DNA of 64,000 nucleotides from contig CDROCS010004896.1 in the NCBI GenBank assembly GCA_977020255.1, positions 62,001-126,000 on the forward strand, given 5' to 3'. Positions 1 through 9,453 of the stretch are shown here, piece by piece; position 1 is the stretch's first letter; every line of letters starts with the position of its first letter. The notes below the pieces were generated by a model, which ran no database searches, was not told the DNA's origin, and was given only the letters and a program-made list of their open reading frames with translations. Source of the DNA: Obrimoposthia wandeli. Its lineage: Eukaryota. The position numbers and the translations under genes were made by a program.

Positions 1-512
1 TATTCAGAAAGAAGCTCACGAAGCTCCATTTCTACTAGCTCGATCATTTCTTCGTATTCTTCAGAATCGGCGCCGCCGCAATCTTCTGCAAGAAGGTCAG
101 ATTTGTTCAAGAATACTACGATGTACGGAACACCAACTTGACGAGAAAGCAAGATGTGCTCACGAGTCTGAGGCATCGGGCCATCAGTTGCGCCACATAC
201 CAAGATAGCACCATCCATTTGAGCAGCACCAGTAATCATGTTTTTAACATAATCGGCGTGACCTGGGCAATCTACGTGTGCGTAGTGACGATCAGTTGTT
301 TCATACTCAACGTGAGAAGTTGCGATAGTGATACCACGCTCGCGCTCTTCTGGTGCGTTATCGATGTTTGCGAAATCTACCATTTCGCCACCGAAAACTT
401 CTGCAGCAACACGAGTAAGTGCTGCTGTTAGAGTTGTTTTACCGTGGTCAACGTGGCCAATTGTGCCAACGTTTACGTGAGTTTTAGTACGTTCAAATTG
501 CGCTTTTGCCAT
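1..512 (-). CDS. tuf: Elongation factor Tu, 5' part (runs off the window)
   Basis: Manual translation from ATG at 512: [32 protein letters not shown]...[15 protein letters not shown]-loop GHVDHGKT present; follows the tRNA-Tyr-Gly-Thr cluster. Absent from the ORF track (no stop in window). Confidence 0.98.
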   Translation of the reverse strand, partial: MAKAQFERTKTHVNVGTIGHVDHGKTTLTAALTRVAAEVFGGEMVDFANIDNAPEERERGITIATSHVEYETTDRHYAHVDCPGHADYVKNMITGAAQMDGAILVCGATDGPMPQTREHILLSRQVGVPYIVVFLNKSDLLAEDCGGADSEEYEEMIELVEMELRELLSE

Positions 513-562
513 GACCTTATAATCTCTCGTTGAGGTATGAATATATTTTTCGAACACACAAC

Positions 563-590
563 AAAAAGGCAGGCATAAGCCTACCTTCTT
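563..590 (-). terminator. Intrinsic terminator-like hairpin between tRNA-Thr and tuf
   Basis: Minus strand AAGGTAGGC-TTAT-GCCTGCCTT followed by TTTGTTG. Confidence 0.6.
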
Positions 591-600
591 TATTGAATAC

Positions 601-676
601 TGGTGCTGATAGGCAGATTCGAACTGCCGACCTCATCCTTACCAAGGATGCACTCTACCAACTGAGCTATATCAGC
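601..676 (-). tRNA. tRNA-Thr(GGT)
   Basis: Reverse complement GCTGATATAGCTCAGTTGGTAGAG...CTT-GGT-AAG...GTTCGAATC...TCAGCACCA; 76 nt with encoded CCA. Confidence 0.97.
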
Positions 677-693
677 AACAAATCTTTCTAAAT

Positions 694-722
694 TGGAGCG
701 GGTGGAGGGAATCGAACCCTCA

Positions 723-755
<33 letters not shown>

Positions 756-767
756 TACCACACCCGC
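694..767 (-). tRNA. tRNA-Gly(TCC)
   Basis: Reverse complement GCGGGTGTGGTACAATGGTAG...CT-TCC-AA...GTTCGATTC...CCCGCTCCA; 74 nt. Confidence 0.97.
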
Positions 768-835
768 AACTCAGCTTTTAATCCAGAGTACTGACTCTGA
801 ATTAACTACTCGACATAATCGCGTAGTCTGAATAA

Positions 836-919
836 TGGTGGTGGGGGAAGGATTCGAACCTTCGAAGCTTGCGCGTCAGATTTACAGTCTGATCCCTTTG
901 GCCACTCGGGAACCCCACC
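836..919 (-). tRNA. tRNA-Tyr(GTA)
   Basis: Reverse complement GGTGGGGTTCCCGAGTGGCCAAAGGG...CT-GTA-AA, long variable arm, GTTCGAATC...CCACCACCA; 84 nt. Confidence 0.97.
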
Positions 920-932
920 AGGAATGAGCGGC

Positions 933-960
933 ATTATGTCAGCATTTGAGCTGCTGTCAA
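933..960 (-). promoter_or_regulatory. Stable-RNA type sigma70 promoter of the tRNA-tuf operon
   Basis: TTGACA-16 nt-CATAAT followed by GC-rich discriminator GCCGC, just upstream of tRNA-Tyr. Confidence 0.85.
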
Positions 961-994
961 TACTTTTTCTCTTATTTATTAAAAACTTAGCGGT

Positions 995-1657
995 TTATTT
1001 CGAATGTGAACAATCTGTGAGCATCCACTGAAGTTTTTCACCTTCACCAACCACTCTTTTACGCATTGCTTCTGTTAGTTGTGTTACCTGAGGGAATTCT
1101 AACCAGAGCTCTTTCTCACCTCTAGAGACTTCTTTGATCACTACATCGTAATCTAGACCTGTCATCTTCTTAGATAGCTTGCTAGCAGAATCAGGGCTAC
1201 GGAAAAGCCCAAGCGAAATACCTTCCGCTAAATCCCCCTGAGTGATTATATAGCTATCGACACCTCTACCTTGTAACTCTCGTAGTAAGCGTAAGGACTG
1301 CTGCCGATTAGCTTGTGGGGGGATGTGCACCCAATGCTCTATACTCGTTCCAGTAGTTAACCCTCTTAGCTCGGACTTAAAGCCTAGCGCCTCTGCTCTG
1401 ACCTTTAGATGCTTAGCATCTATACGATCCGCTAGTGGGCCTACACTATAGCAACGACTACCTGAGCCTGAATCACTACTCGATTTTATTTCTTTATAAT
1501 TAATATCACTGTCATCTAACTCTGATAAGAGAACTAAAGATTCGCCCATCTGCTCTTGGTCTTTTACAGCATTAATATTAGTTCCAGATTGATCACGCCA
1601 AAACCAGACCATTACTAATAAATTCAAACAAACTAAACTAAGGAATACCCAACGCAT
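995..1657 (-). CDS. SPOR-domain membrane-anchored protein
   Basis: N-terminal TM helix and ISLGLFRSPDSA SPOR-like motif; conserved position after coaX. Confidence 0.8.
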   Translation of the reverse strand: MRWVFLSLVCLNLLVMVWFWRDQSGTNINAVKDQEQMGESLVLLSELDDSDINYKEIKSSSDSGSGSRCYSVGPLADRIDAKHLKVRAEALGFKSELRGLTTGTSIEHWVHIPPQANRQQSLRLLRELQGRGVDSYIITQGDLAEGISLGLFRSPDSASKLSKKMTGLDYDVVIKEVSRGEKELWLEFPQVTQLTEAMRKRVVGEGEKLQWMLTDCSHSK

Positions 1658-2395
1658 TTAATTTCTCACCTGCCAAAGTCCTTTCAATACAAGATTTTTG
1701 TCTACCTTAGCGGTAGTAAAAAATCCGGCCAACAACTCACAATCACCGCCAGTGATTATGATTTCGTATTTTGGATACTGATGTGTGACTTTTTCAATTA
1801 AAGCAACTTGCTGATTAATCACACCATACTCTACACACTGCAACGTATTATTGCCCAGTTTATTAAGCCTGCCGTCATCACTATTAAAGGAGACAACTTC
1901 ATCGTAACGCTTAACTTGCTCGGCCTTCGTGAACAATGCTGCTTGAGCCATTGCCATACCAGGTACAATATAACCTCCCTGATGCATTCCATCCCAATTA
2001 ACAACATCAATAGTTAGAGCGGTTCCCGCATCAATAACAACAACGCCTTTCACATTCGGCAAAGTGCTCAATATTTTGTAAGAAGCAATCATAGCCAACC
2101 AACGATCAACCCCCAGTCTTTCTGGCTGCTGATAGCTGTTCGTTACTCCTGCTTGAGCAGACATACTCTTAACCGCAATGATTTCAGAAAAGGGCTTCCC
2201 TTTTAACAACAGAATCAAATCATCTGCTTGATTCACCGCCGACAATAATACCTTGGTGCTAGTAGCATCAAGGTTTCGCAGTGCTTCAGTTAAATCATCT
2301 AGCGATCCATAAAAAACATTAATGTCATTATTAAGCTGACTTTCTATTAGAGCCCACTTAACTCTTGTATTACCAGCATCAATCAATAGATACAT
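1658..2395 (-). CDS. coaX: Type III pantothenate kinase
   Basis: LIDAGNTRVK, LGVDRW, VIDAGTALTID and TGGD motifs; follows birA. Confidence 0.95.
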   Translation of the reverse strand: MYLLIDAGNTRVKWALIESQLNNDINVFYGSLDDLTEALRNLDATSTKVLLSAVNQADDLILLLKGKPFSEIIAVKSMSAQAGVTNSYQQPERLGVDRWLAMIASYKILSTLPNVKGVVVIDAGTALTIDVVNWDGMHQGGYIVPGMAMAQAALFTKAEQVKRYDEVVSFNSDDGRLNKLGNNTLQCVEYGVINQQVALIEKVTHQYPKYEIIITGGDCELLAGFFTTAKVDKNLVLKGLWQVRN

Positions 2396-3347
2396 TTTTC
2401 AACCGTAAACTAAGCTCACCAGCATTAATAGATTCAAGACCTTCTTCTGTTTCCAGTAATAGCTCCCCTTTGCTATTAACCCCCCTTGCAATACCAGATC
2501 GAGTTAGATTGGGTAGAATCAAATCAACCTCTCGATTTAGAAATGCATCACGCTCCGTCCAGTAATTCTTAAATACTGTAAAACCCTGTTTATCAAACTC
2601 TTCAATCGCTTTAATAAGATTTTCAATCAAAACCGAAGCAATTGCATTTCTATCAGTACTCTTTAAGTACTCTGAAAGCTGTGCCCAAGGTTGATCTATA
2701 TTTTCAGCATCAAACTCTGATAAATTAACATTAAGTCCTATCCCAATAACCACCTGACAATAGCCACTATATTCACCACTGACTTCTAACAAAATGCCAG
2801 CCAGTTTTTTATTATTCAAATATACGTCATTGGGCCATTTTAATTTAGCGTCATCAACACCCAATTCAGTTAATGCTCTTTCTACTGCAATCGCGATGAC
2901 GAGACTTAACCCTTCTAAGCTTCCTATGCCACCACCAAATGACCATAGCATTGATAGATAAATATTCTTACCAAATGGACTTACCCAAGTGCGCCCTCGT
3001 CGTCCGCGACCGCTTTCTTGCTTTTCTGCAAGCACCGCATAGCGCTTGCCCATATGGTCGGAGGCTTTTTCCAATAAATAGCTGTTTGTAGATTCTGTAT
3101 TTAGAAGGACTTCTAGACAATCTAAGCGACTTGAAACATTGTCTTTAATAATACGCTGGTCCAGTAACTGAATAGCATCACTAAGACGATAGCCTTTTCC
3201 TTTTACTGACGATAGCGGGATATTTAGTGCTTCTAGTTTTTTTAGCTGCTTCCAAACCGCAGCTCTAGTTACCCCTAACTGAGTACCTAGCTCTTCACCT
3301 GAATGAAAATTTCCATCAGATAATATTTCTAATAAATTGCGCAGCAT
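2379..3347 (-). CDS. birA: Bifunctional biotin-[acetyl-CoA-carboxylase] ligase / repressor
   Basis: N-terminal HTH (FHSGEELG...TRAAVWKQ), GRGRRGRTW, KWPND and KLAGIL motifs. Confidence 0.97.
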   Translation of the reverse strand: MLRNLLEILSDGNFHSGEELGTQLGVTRAAVWKQLKKLEALNIPLSSVKGKGYRLSDAIQLLDQRIIKDNVSSRLDCLEVLLNTESTNSYLLEKASDHMGKRYAVLAEKQESGRGRRGRTWVSPFGKNIYLSMLWSFGGGIGSLEGLSLVIAIAVERALTELGVDDAKLKWPNDVYLNNKKLAGILLEVSGEYSGYCQVVIGIGLNVNLSEFDAENIDQPWAQLSEYLKSTDRNAIASVLIENLIKAIEEFDKQGFTVFKNYWTERDAFLNREVDLILPNLTRSGIARGVNSKGELLLETEEGLESINAGELSLRLKNVSID

Positions 3348-3447
3348 AGTAAGTGCCTAATTTGAGAATAGAGCCATGTTAATACAGGCTGGTAAACCTT
3401 TCATGTTTTTATAGCTTACTTGTACTTATAAAAACTTTCTCACAGGC

Positions 3448-3486
3448 AAAAAAAATCCCCAACAGAGTTAACTGCTGGGGATTTTT
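3448..3486 (-). terminator. rrn operon intrinsic terminator
   Basis: Minus strand AAATCCCCAGCAG-TTAA-CTCTGTTGGGGATTT followed by a T-run, directly after 5S. Confidence 0.85.
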
Positions 3487-3495
3487 AGAATAAGA

Positions 3496-3612
3496 GCTTG
3501 ACGATGACCTACTCTCACATGGGGAAACCCCACACTACCATCGGCGCGACTGCGTTTCACTTCTGAGTTCGGGATGGGTTCAGGTGGTTCCACAGTGCTA
3601 TTGTCGTCAAGC
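3496..3612 (-). rRNA. rrf: 5S rRNA
   Basis: Contains CCGAACTCAGAAGTGAAAC and GATGGTAGTGTGGGG...GAGAGTAGG; ends pair (GCTTGACGA/TCGTCAAGC). Ends approximate. Confidence 0.96.
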
Positions 3613-3876
3613 AAACCTTGCTGCTTCGTAGTTGTCTTAGTGTCTACAACCTTTCTTTGATGATTCATCTTAGATCGGGAGACCGCATTACTTAGCAAAT
3701 AGGGTCGGATACATGATTTGGTTTTTATCTTAGTGCTAATTCTCTGCTTGGACTTTCGCCTTTGGCTTAATATTAGAGTGTGTGCTTATTCAGTTTGTTC
3801 TGATCTCACAACACCACCGCTTGTCTTTTGCTCACCTTGGTATAAATATGAAGTATCGTGCAGTTTTGGTGTTATA

Positions 3877-4010
3877 TGGTCAAGCCTCACGGGCAATTAG
3901 TACAAGTTAGCTCAACGCCTCACAACGCTTACACACCTTGCCTATCAACCAGGTAGTCTTCCTGGGCCCTTTAGGAGACTCGAAGTCTCAGAGATATCTC
4001 ATCTTGAAGG

Positions 4011-4044
<34 letters not shown>

Positions 4045-4316
4045 TGTCCGAACGTAGCTACCCAGCAATGCCATTGGCATGACAACTGGAACACCAGCGG
4101 TTCGTCCACTCCGGTCCTCTCGTACTAGGAGCAGCTCTTCTCAAATATCTAACGCCCACGGCAATAGGGACCGAACTGTCTCACGACGTTCTAAACCCAG
4201 CTCGCGTACCACTTTAAATGGCGAACACACATACCCTTGGGACCGGCTTCAGCCCCAGGATGATGAGCCGACATCGAGGTGCCAAACACCGCCGTCGATG
4301 TGAACTCTTGGGCGGT

Positions 4317-4415
<99 letters not shown>

Positions 4416-4493
4416 GTGTCTGTCTCGCAGTTAAGCCGGCTTGTGCCATTACACTAACCTCCTGATGTCCGACCAGGATTAGCCGACCTTCGT

Positions 4494-4536
<43 letters not shown>

Positions 4537-4821
4537 ACCCACCACACAGTGTCCTCGATCCGGATAACGGACCAGAGTTAGAACCCCAAATTGACCAGGC
4601 TGGTATTTCAAGATTGGCTCCACAAAGACTGGCGTCTCTGCTTCAAAGCCTCCCAGCTATCCTACACAAGCCAATTCAAAGTTCACTGTGAAGCTATAGT
4701 AAAGGTTCACGGGGTCTTTCCGTCTAGCCGCGGTTATACTGCATCTTAACCGCAAATTCAACTTCACGAGTCTCAGGTGGAGGACAGTGTGGCCATCGCA
4801 GTTACGCCATTCGTGCAGGTA

Positions 4822-4856
<35 letters not shown>

Positions 4857-5969
4857 TACCGGTATATTTACGGCCGCCGTTTACTTGGGCTTCGATCAAG
4901 AGCTTCGCTTACGCTAACCGCATCAATTAACCTTCAAGCACCGGGCAGGCGTCACACCCTATACGTCCACTTTCGTGTTTGCAGAGTGCTGTGTTTTTAA
5001 TAAACAGTCGCAGCCACCTGGTATCTTCGACCGACGATCGCTTAGAGAGTGCCCTCATCACAGTCACTGGCGTACCTTCTCCCGAAGTTACGGTACCATT
5101 TGCCTAGTTCCTTCCGTTCCCAGAGTTCTCTCAAGCGCCTTGGTATTCTCTACCTTCCCACCTGTGTCGGTTTGGGGTACGGTCAATGTATATCTGAAGC
5201 TTAGAAGATTTTCCTGGAAGCATGGCATCACCGGTCGACTTTGGACTCGTAGAGTCACCGTCATCAATTCTCAGCCTTAGGATCCCGGATTTACCTAAGA
5301 TCCCAGCTCTACTACCTTAAACTAGGACAACCAACGCCTGGCTCGATTAGCCTTCTCCGTCTCTCCATCGCAATATACATCGGTACAGGAATATTAACCT
5401 GTTTTCCATCGACTACGCATTTCTGCCTCGCCTTAGGGGCCGACTCACCCTGCCCTGATTAGCATGGGACAGGAAACCTTGGTCTTCCGGCGGGGGAGTT
5501 TTTCACTCCCCTTATCGTTACTCATGTCAACATTCGCACTTCTGATACCTCCAGCCTGCCTTACAGCTTGACCTTCAACGGCTTACAGAACGCTCCTCTA
5601 CCATGCCTAATAAATTAAGCATCCGTAGCTTCGGTGTACAGTTTGAGCCCCGTTATATCTTCCGCGCAGGCCGACTCGACTAGTGAGCTATTACGCTTTC
5701 TTTAAAGGATGGCTGCTTCTAAGCAAACCTCTAGCTGTTTTAGCCTTCCCATCGTTTCCCACTTAACTGTAACTTTGGGACCTTAGCTGATGGTCTGGGC
5801 TGTTTCCCTTTCGACGACGGACGTTAGCACCCGCCGTGTGTCTCCCTCGATTGCACTCATTGGTATTCGGAGTTTGCAAAGGGTTGGTAAGTCGAGATGA
5901 CCCCCTAGCCTTAACAGTGCTCTACCCCCGTGGGTAATATATGACGCTCTACCTAAATAGATTTCGAGG

Positions 5970-6009
<40 letters not shown>

Positions 6010-6780
6010 ATCCATTACACGTCATCCCTTAGCTTTTCAACGTGAGTGGGTTCGGTCCTCCAGTTGATGTTACTCAACCTTCAACCTGCAATGGATAGGT
6101 CACCCGGTTTCGGGTCTACTGCCAGAGACTCAACGCCCAGTTAAGACTCGATTTCTCTACGGCTCCGTTAACACTTAACCTTGCCACTGACAGTAAGTCG
6201 CTGACCCATTATACAAAAGGTACGCAGTCACGGAACGCAATGTCCGCTCCCACTGCTTGTACGTACACGTCAATGATTCAGGATCTATTTCACTCCCCTC
6301 ACAGGGGTTCTTTTCGCCTTTCATTTTCCTCACGGTACTGGTTCACTATCGGTCATCTGGGAGTATTTAGCCTTGGAGGGTGGTCCCCCATGTTCAGTCA
6401 GAATACCACGTGTTCCGACCTACTCGATTTCTAACATAAGTTTTCGTATACGGGGCTATCACCCACTATGGCGGAACTTTCCAGAACCTTCTACTAACTA
6501 CAAAACAGCTTAAGGGCTAATCCCCGTTCGCTCGCCGCTACTAGGGGAATCTCAATTGATTTCTTTTCCTCCGGGTACTTAGATGTTTCAGTTCCCCGGG
6601 TTCGCCTCTTATAGCTATGTATTCACTATAAGATACCTGCCTTGGCAGGTGGTTTCCCCATTCAGAAATTTGCGGGTCAAAGGTTGTTTGCTACCTCACC
6701 GCAACTTATCGCAAGCTACTACGTCTTTCATCGCCTCCAGATGCCAAGGCATCCACCGTGCACGCTTAGTCACTTGACCA
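3877..6780 (-). rRNA. rrl: 23S rRNA
   Basis: 5' GGTCAAGTGACTAAGCG...GGATGCCTTGG and 3' ...GTGAGGCTTGACCA; conserved peptidyl-transferase segments; about 2.9 kb. Ends approximate; several local deviations (see findings). Confidence 0.98.
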
Positions 6781-7057
6781 TATAACCCAAAACCACCTCG
6801 ACAGTCACAAGAGACTATGGAAGTATTAACGCTAAGGGTAATATTGTTTGATCAACTAACTGAGTTTGCTTATCATTTAATATTTTTTTCTTTTACACAG
6901 AATTAGCATTCGATCCGAAGATTGAAGGCTAATAAGTATAAATAGAGAATTAGCACTGAGATAAATAATCAATCTGTAATTCCAGCATTAAGCTTAGGTA
7001 AACCTAAGTCCAATCTGTTGTCACAAGTTAATCAATAACTCATATCATGTATCCTAA

Positions 7058-7070
7058 TTTTTAAAGAACG
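7058..7070 (-). promoter_or_regulatory. Spacer boxA antitermination element
   Basis: Minus strand CGTTCTTTAAAAA, close to boxA consensus TGCTCTTTAACAA, located between tRNA-Ala and 23S. Confidence 0.7.
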
Positions 7071-7140
7071 TCTGGCATAAAAAAACCAGAGTTAAAAAAT
7101 CTTAAAAAGATATTTTAAGTCTGATTTCTGTTTCTGAAAA

Positions 7141-7216
7141 TGGTGGAGCCTAACGGGATCGAACCGTTGACCTCCTGCGTGCAAGGCAGGCGCTCTCCCA
7201 GCTGAGCTAAGGCCCC
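7141..7216 (-). tRNA. tRNA-Ala(TGC) in the ITS
   Basis: Reverse complement GGGGCCTTAGCTCAGCTGGGAGAG...CT-TGC-AC...GTTCGATC...CTCCACCA. Confidence 0.97.
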
Positions 7217-7254
7217 ATTTCACAGAGATGCATTCGTTAACATGTGATCTAAAT

Positions 7255-7282
7255 TGGTAGGTCTGGGCAGATTTGAACTGCC

Positions 7283-7324
<42 letters not shown>

Positions 7325-7331
7325 CAGACCT
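7255..7331 (-). tRNA. tRNA-Ile(GAT) in the ITS
   Basis: Reverse complement AGGTCTGTAGCTCAGTTGGTTAGAG...CT-GAT-AA...GTTCAAATC...GACCTACCA. Confidence 0.97.
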
Positions 7332-7397
7332 ATTTAGGTCACAAATATTTAGATAATTCGTGTGAGCACTTAGCCAAGATTGGCTGAGAATATCGTT

Positions 7398-7524
7398 TAA
7401 GGAGGTGATCCAGCCCCAGGTTCCCCTAGGGCTACCTTGTTACGACTTCACCCCAGTCATGAATCACTCCGTGGTAAACGCCCTCCTAGCAAGCTAGGTT
7501 AAGCTATCTACTTCTGGAGCAACC

Positions 7525-7578
<54 letters not shown>

Positions 7579-7592
7579 GACATTCTGATTCA

Positions 7593-7643
<51 letters not shown>

Positions 7644-7757
7644 GACTACGACATGCTTTATGGGATTAGCTCCACCTCGCGGCTTGGCAACCCTTTGTAC
7701 ATGCCATTGTAGCACGTGTGTAGCCCTACTCGTAAGGGCCATGATGACTTGACGTCG

Positions 7758-7789
<32 letters not shown>

Positions 7790-7869
7790 CTCCTTAGAGT
7801 CCCCAACTAAATGATGGTAACTAAGGACAAGGGTTGCGCTCGTTACGGGACTTAACCCAACATTTCACA

Positions 7870-7901
<32 letters not shown>

Positions 7902-7986
7902 CTCAGTGTTCCCGAAGGCACCAAAGCATCTCTGCTAAGTTCACTGGATGTCAAGAGTAGGTGGCACCTCTTCGCGTTGCTTCCAG

Positions 7987-8023
<37 letters not shown>

Positions 8024-8127
8024 GTCAATTCATTTGAAAGTTTAATCTTGCGACCGTACTCCCCAGGCGGTCTACTTATCGCGTTAGCTGCGCCACTAAG
8101 AGATCAAGTCTCCCAACGGCTAGTAGA

Positions 8128-8164
<37 letters not shown>

Positions 8165-8363
8165 CGTTTACTCCCCACGCTTTCGCACCTCAGTGTCAGT
8201 ATCGAGCCAGTCAGTCGCCTTCGCCACTGGTGTTCCTTCCCATCTCTACGCATTTCACCGCTACACAGGAAATTCCACTAACCTCTCTCGTACTCTAGTG
8301 AGTCAGTTTTGAATGCAGTTCCAAGGTTGAGCCCTGGGCTTTCACATCCAACTTAACAAACCA

Positions 8364-8394
<31 letters not shown>

Positions 8395-8579
8395 TTAACG
8401 CTTGCACCTTTAGTATTACCGCGGCTGCTGGCACTAAATTAGCCGGTGCTTCTTCTGCGAGTAACGTCACAGCTAGCAAATATTACTTACTAACCTTTCC
8501 TCCTCGCTGAAAGTGCTTTACAACCCGAAGGCCTTCTTCACACACGCGGCATGGCTGCATCAGACTTTCGTCCATTGTG

Positions 8580-8662
<83 letters not shown>

Positions 8663-8946
8663 GAGATCGTCGCCTTGGTAGGCCTTTACCCCACCAACTA
8701 GCTAATCTCACTCAGGCTCATCGAATAGCGCAAGGCCCGAAGGTCCCCTGCTTTCCCCCGTAGGATATATGCGGTATTAATCATCGTTTCCAATGGCTAT
8801 CCCCCACTACTCGGTAGATTCCTAAGCATTACTCACCCGTCCGCCGCTCGACGCCTGATAGCAAGCTATCTTCGTTTCCGCTCGACTTGCATGTGTTAAG
8901 CCTGCCGCCAGCGTTCAATCTGAGCCATGATCAAACTCTTCAGTTT
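7398..8946 (-). rRNA. rrs: 16S rRNA
   Basis: AGAGTTTGATCATGGCTCAG near the 5' end, GTGCCAGCAGCCGCGGTAA, and 3' anti-SD GATCACCTCCTTA. Ends approximate. Confidence 0.99.
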
Positions 8947-9110
8947 TAAATCTTACTCAAAATAAAAACTAACTTTTATACTCACCAAATTAATGTAGAG
9001 TTCGTAAGTTCTTACTTTGTTTTATGCTTTGATGTCATCCTAACAGCGAACTGTTAAGTGACTGTCTCCACTCAATCAAGGTAAGCACCCACACGAATTA
9101 TCTAAATATA

Positions 9111-9123
9111 TTGTTAAAGAACA
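9111..9123 (-). promoter_or_regulatory. Leader boxA antitermination element
   Basis: Minus strand TGTTCTTTAACAA, just downstream of the proximal rrn promoter. Confidence 0.8.
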
Positions 9124-9155
9124 TTGCTTAGGCTTTCACCTTAAGCGGGCTGCGT

Positions 9156-9183
9156 ATTCTAATGATTTAAATCATCAAGTCAA
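9156..9183 (-). promoter_or_regulatory. rrn promoter, proximal (4th of 4)
   Basis: TTGACT-16 nt-TAGAAT, then GC-rich ACGCAGCCCGC. Confidence 0.8.
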
Positions 9184-9240
9184 CAGCTTTTTTAAACTTT
9201 CTTCAGCAGCCAACCTAAGTTGCCGTTGAAGATGAGGTGC

Positions 9241-9268
9241 ATTATATATTGCTTAATGACTATGTCAA
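9241..9268 (-). promoter_or_regulatory. rrn promoter (3rd of 4)
   Basis: Perfect TTGACA-16 nt-TATAAT, then GCACCTC. Confidence 0.88.
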
Positions 9269-9323
9269 CCTCTTTTTTCCTTTGTTTTCAAAGCCTTGCG
9301 AGCTTCTCTTCAAAGGAGGGCGT

Positions 9324-9351
9324 ATTCTAAACAAACGTTTTAAATAGTCAA
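9324..9351 (-). promoter_or_regulatory. rrn promoter (2nd of 4)
   Basis: TTGACT-16 nt-TAGAAT, then ACGCCCTCC. Confidence 0.8.
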
Positions 9352-9416
9352 CCCTTTATTCTCATTTGTTTTTCTAGTTGCTCTTTCGAACCACTGTCTC
9401 AACAAGTGAGCGGCGA

Positions 9417-9444
9417 ATTATAGGGATTTTATAATCGCCGTCAA
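9417..9444 (-). promoter_or_regulatory. rrn promoter, distal (1st of 4)
   Basis: TTGACG-16 nt-TATAAT, then TCGCCGC; lies about 10 nt after the tyrS stop. Confidence 0.8.
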
Positions 9445-9453
9445 CTGTTTTCT

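Noticed and set aside
138-431. 97-aa plus-strand ORF
   Set aside because: Antisense shadow of tuf.
768-835. Hairpins in the tRNA-Tyr/Gly spacer as a possible tRNA remnant
   Set aside because: No cloverleaf, T-loop or CCA; only two small stems.
601-994. tRNA cluster as an integration site for a mobile element
   Set aside because: No integrase, no duplicated tRNA 3' end; flanks are standard core synteny.
3468-8701. Short ORFs inside the rrn operon (3468, 3718, 4079, 4218, 4318, 4975, 6240, 6583, 8513)
   Set aside because: They overlap rRNA genes or spacers; well-known spurious ORFs.
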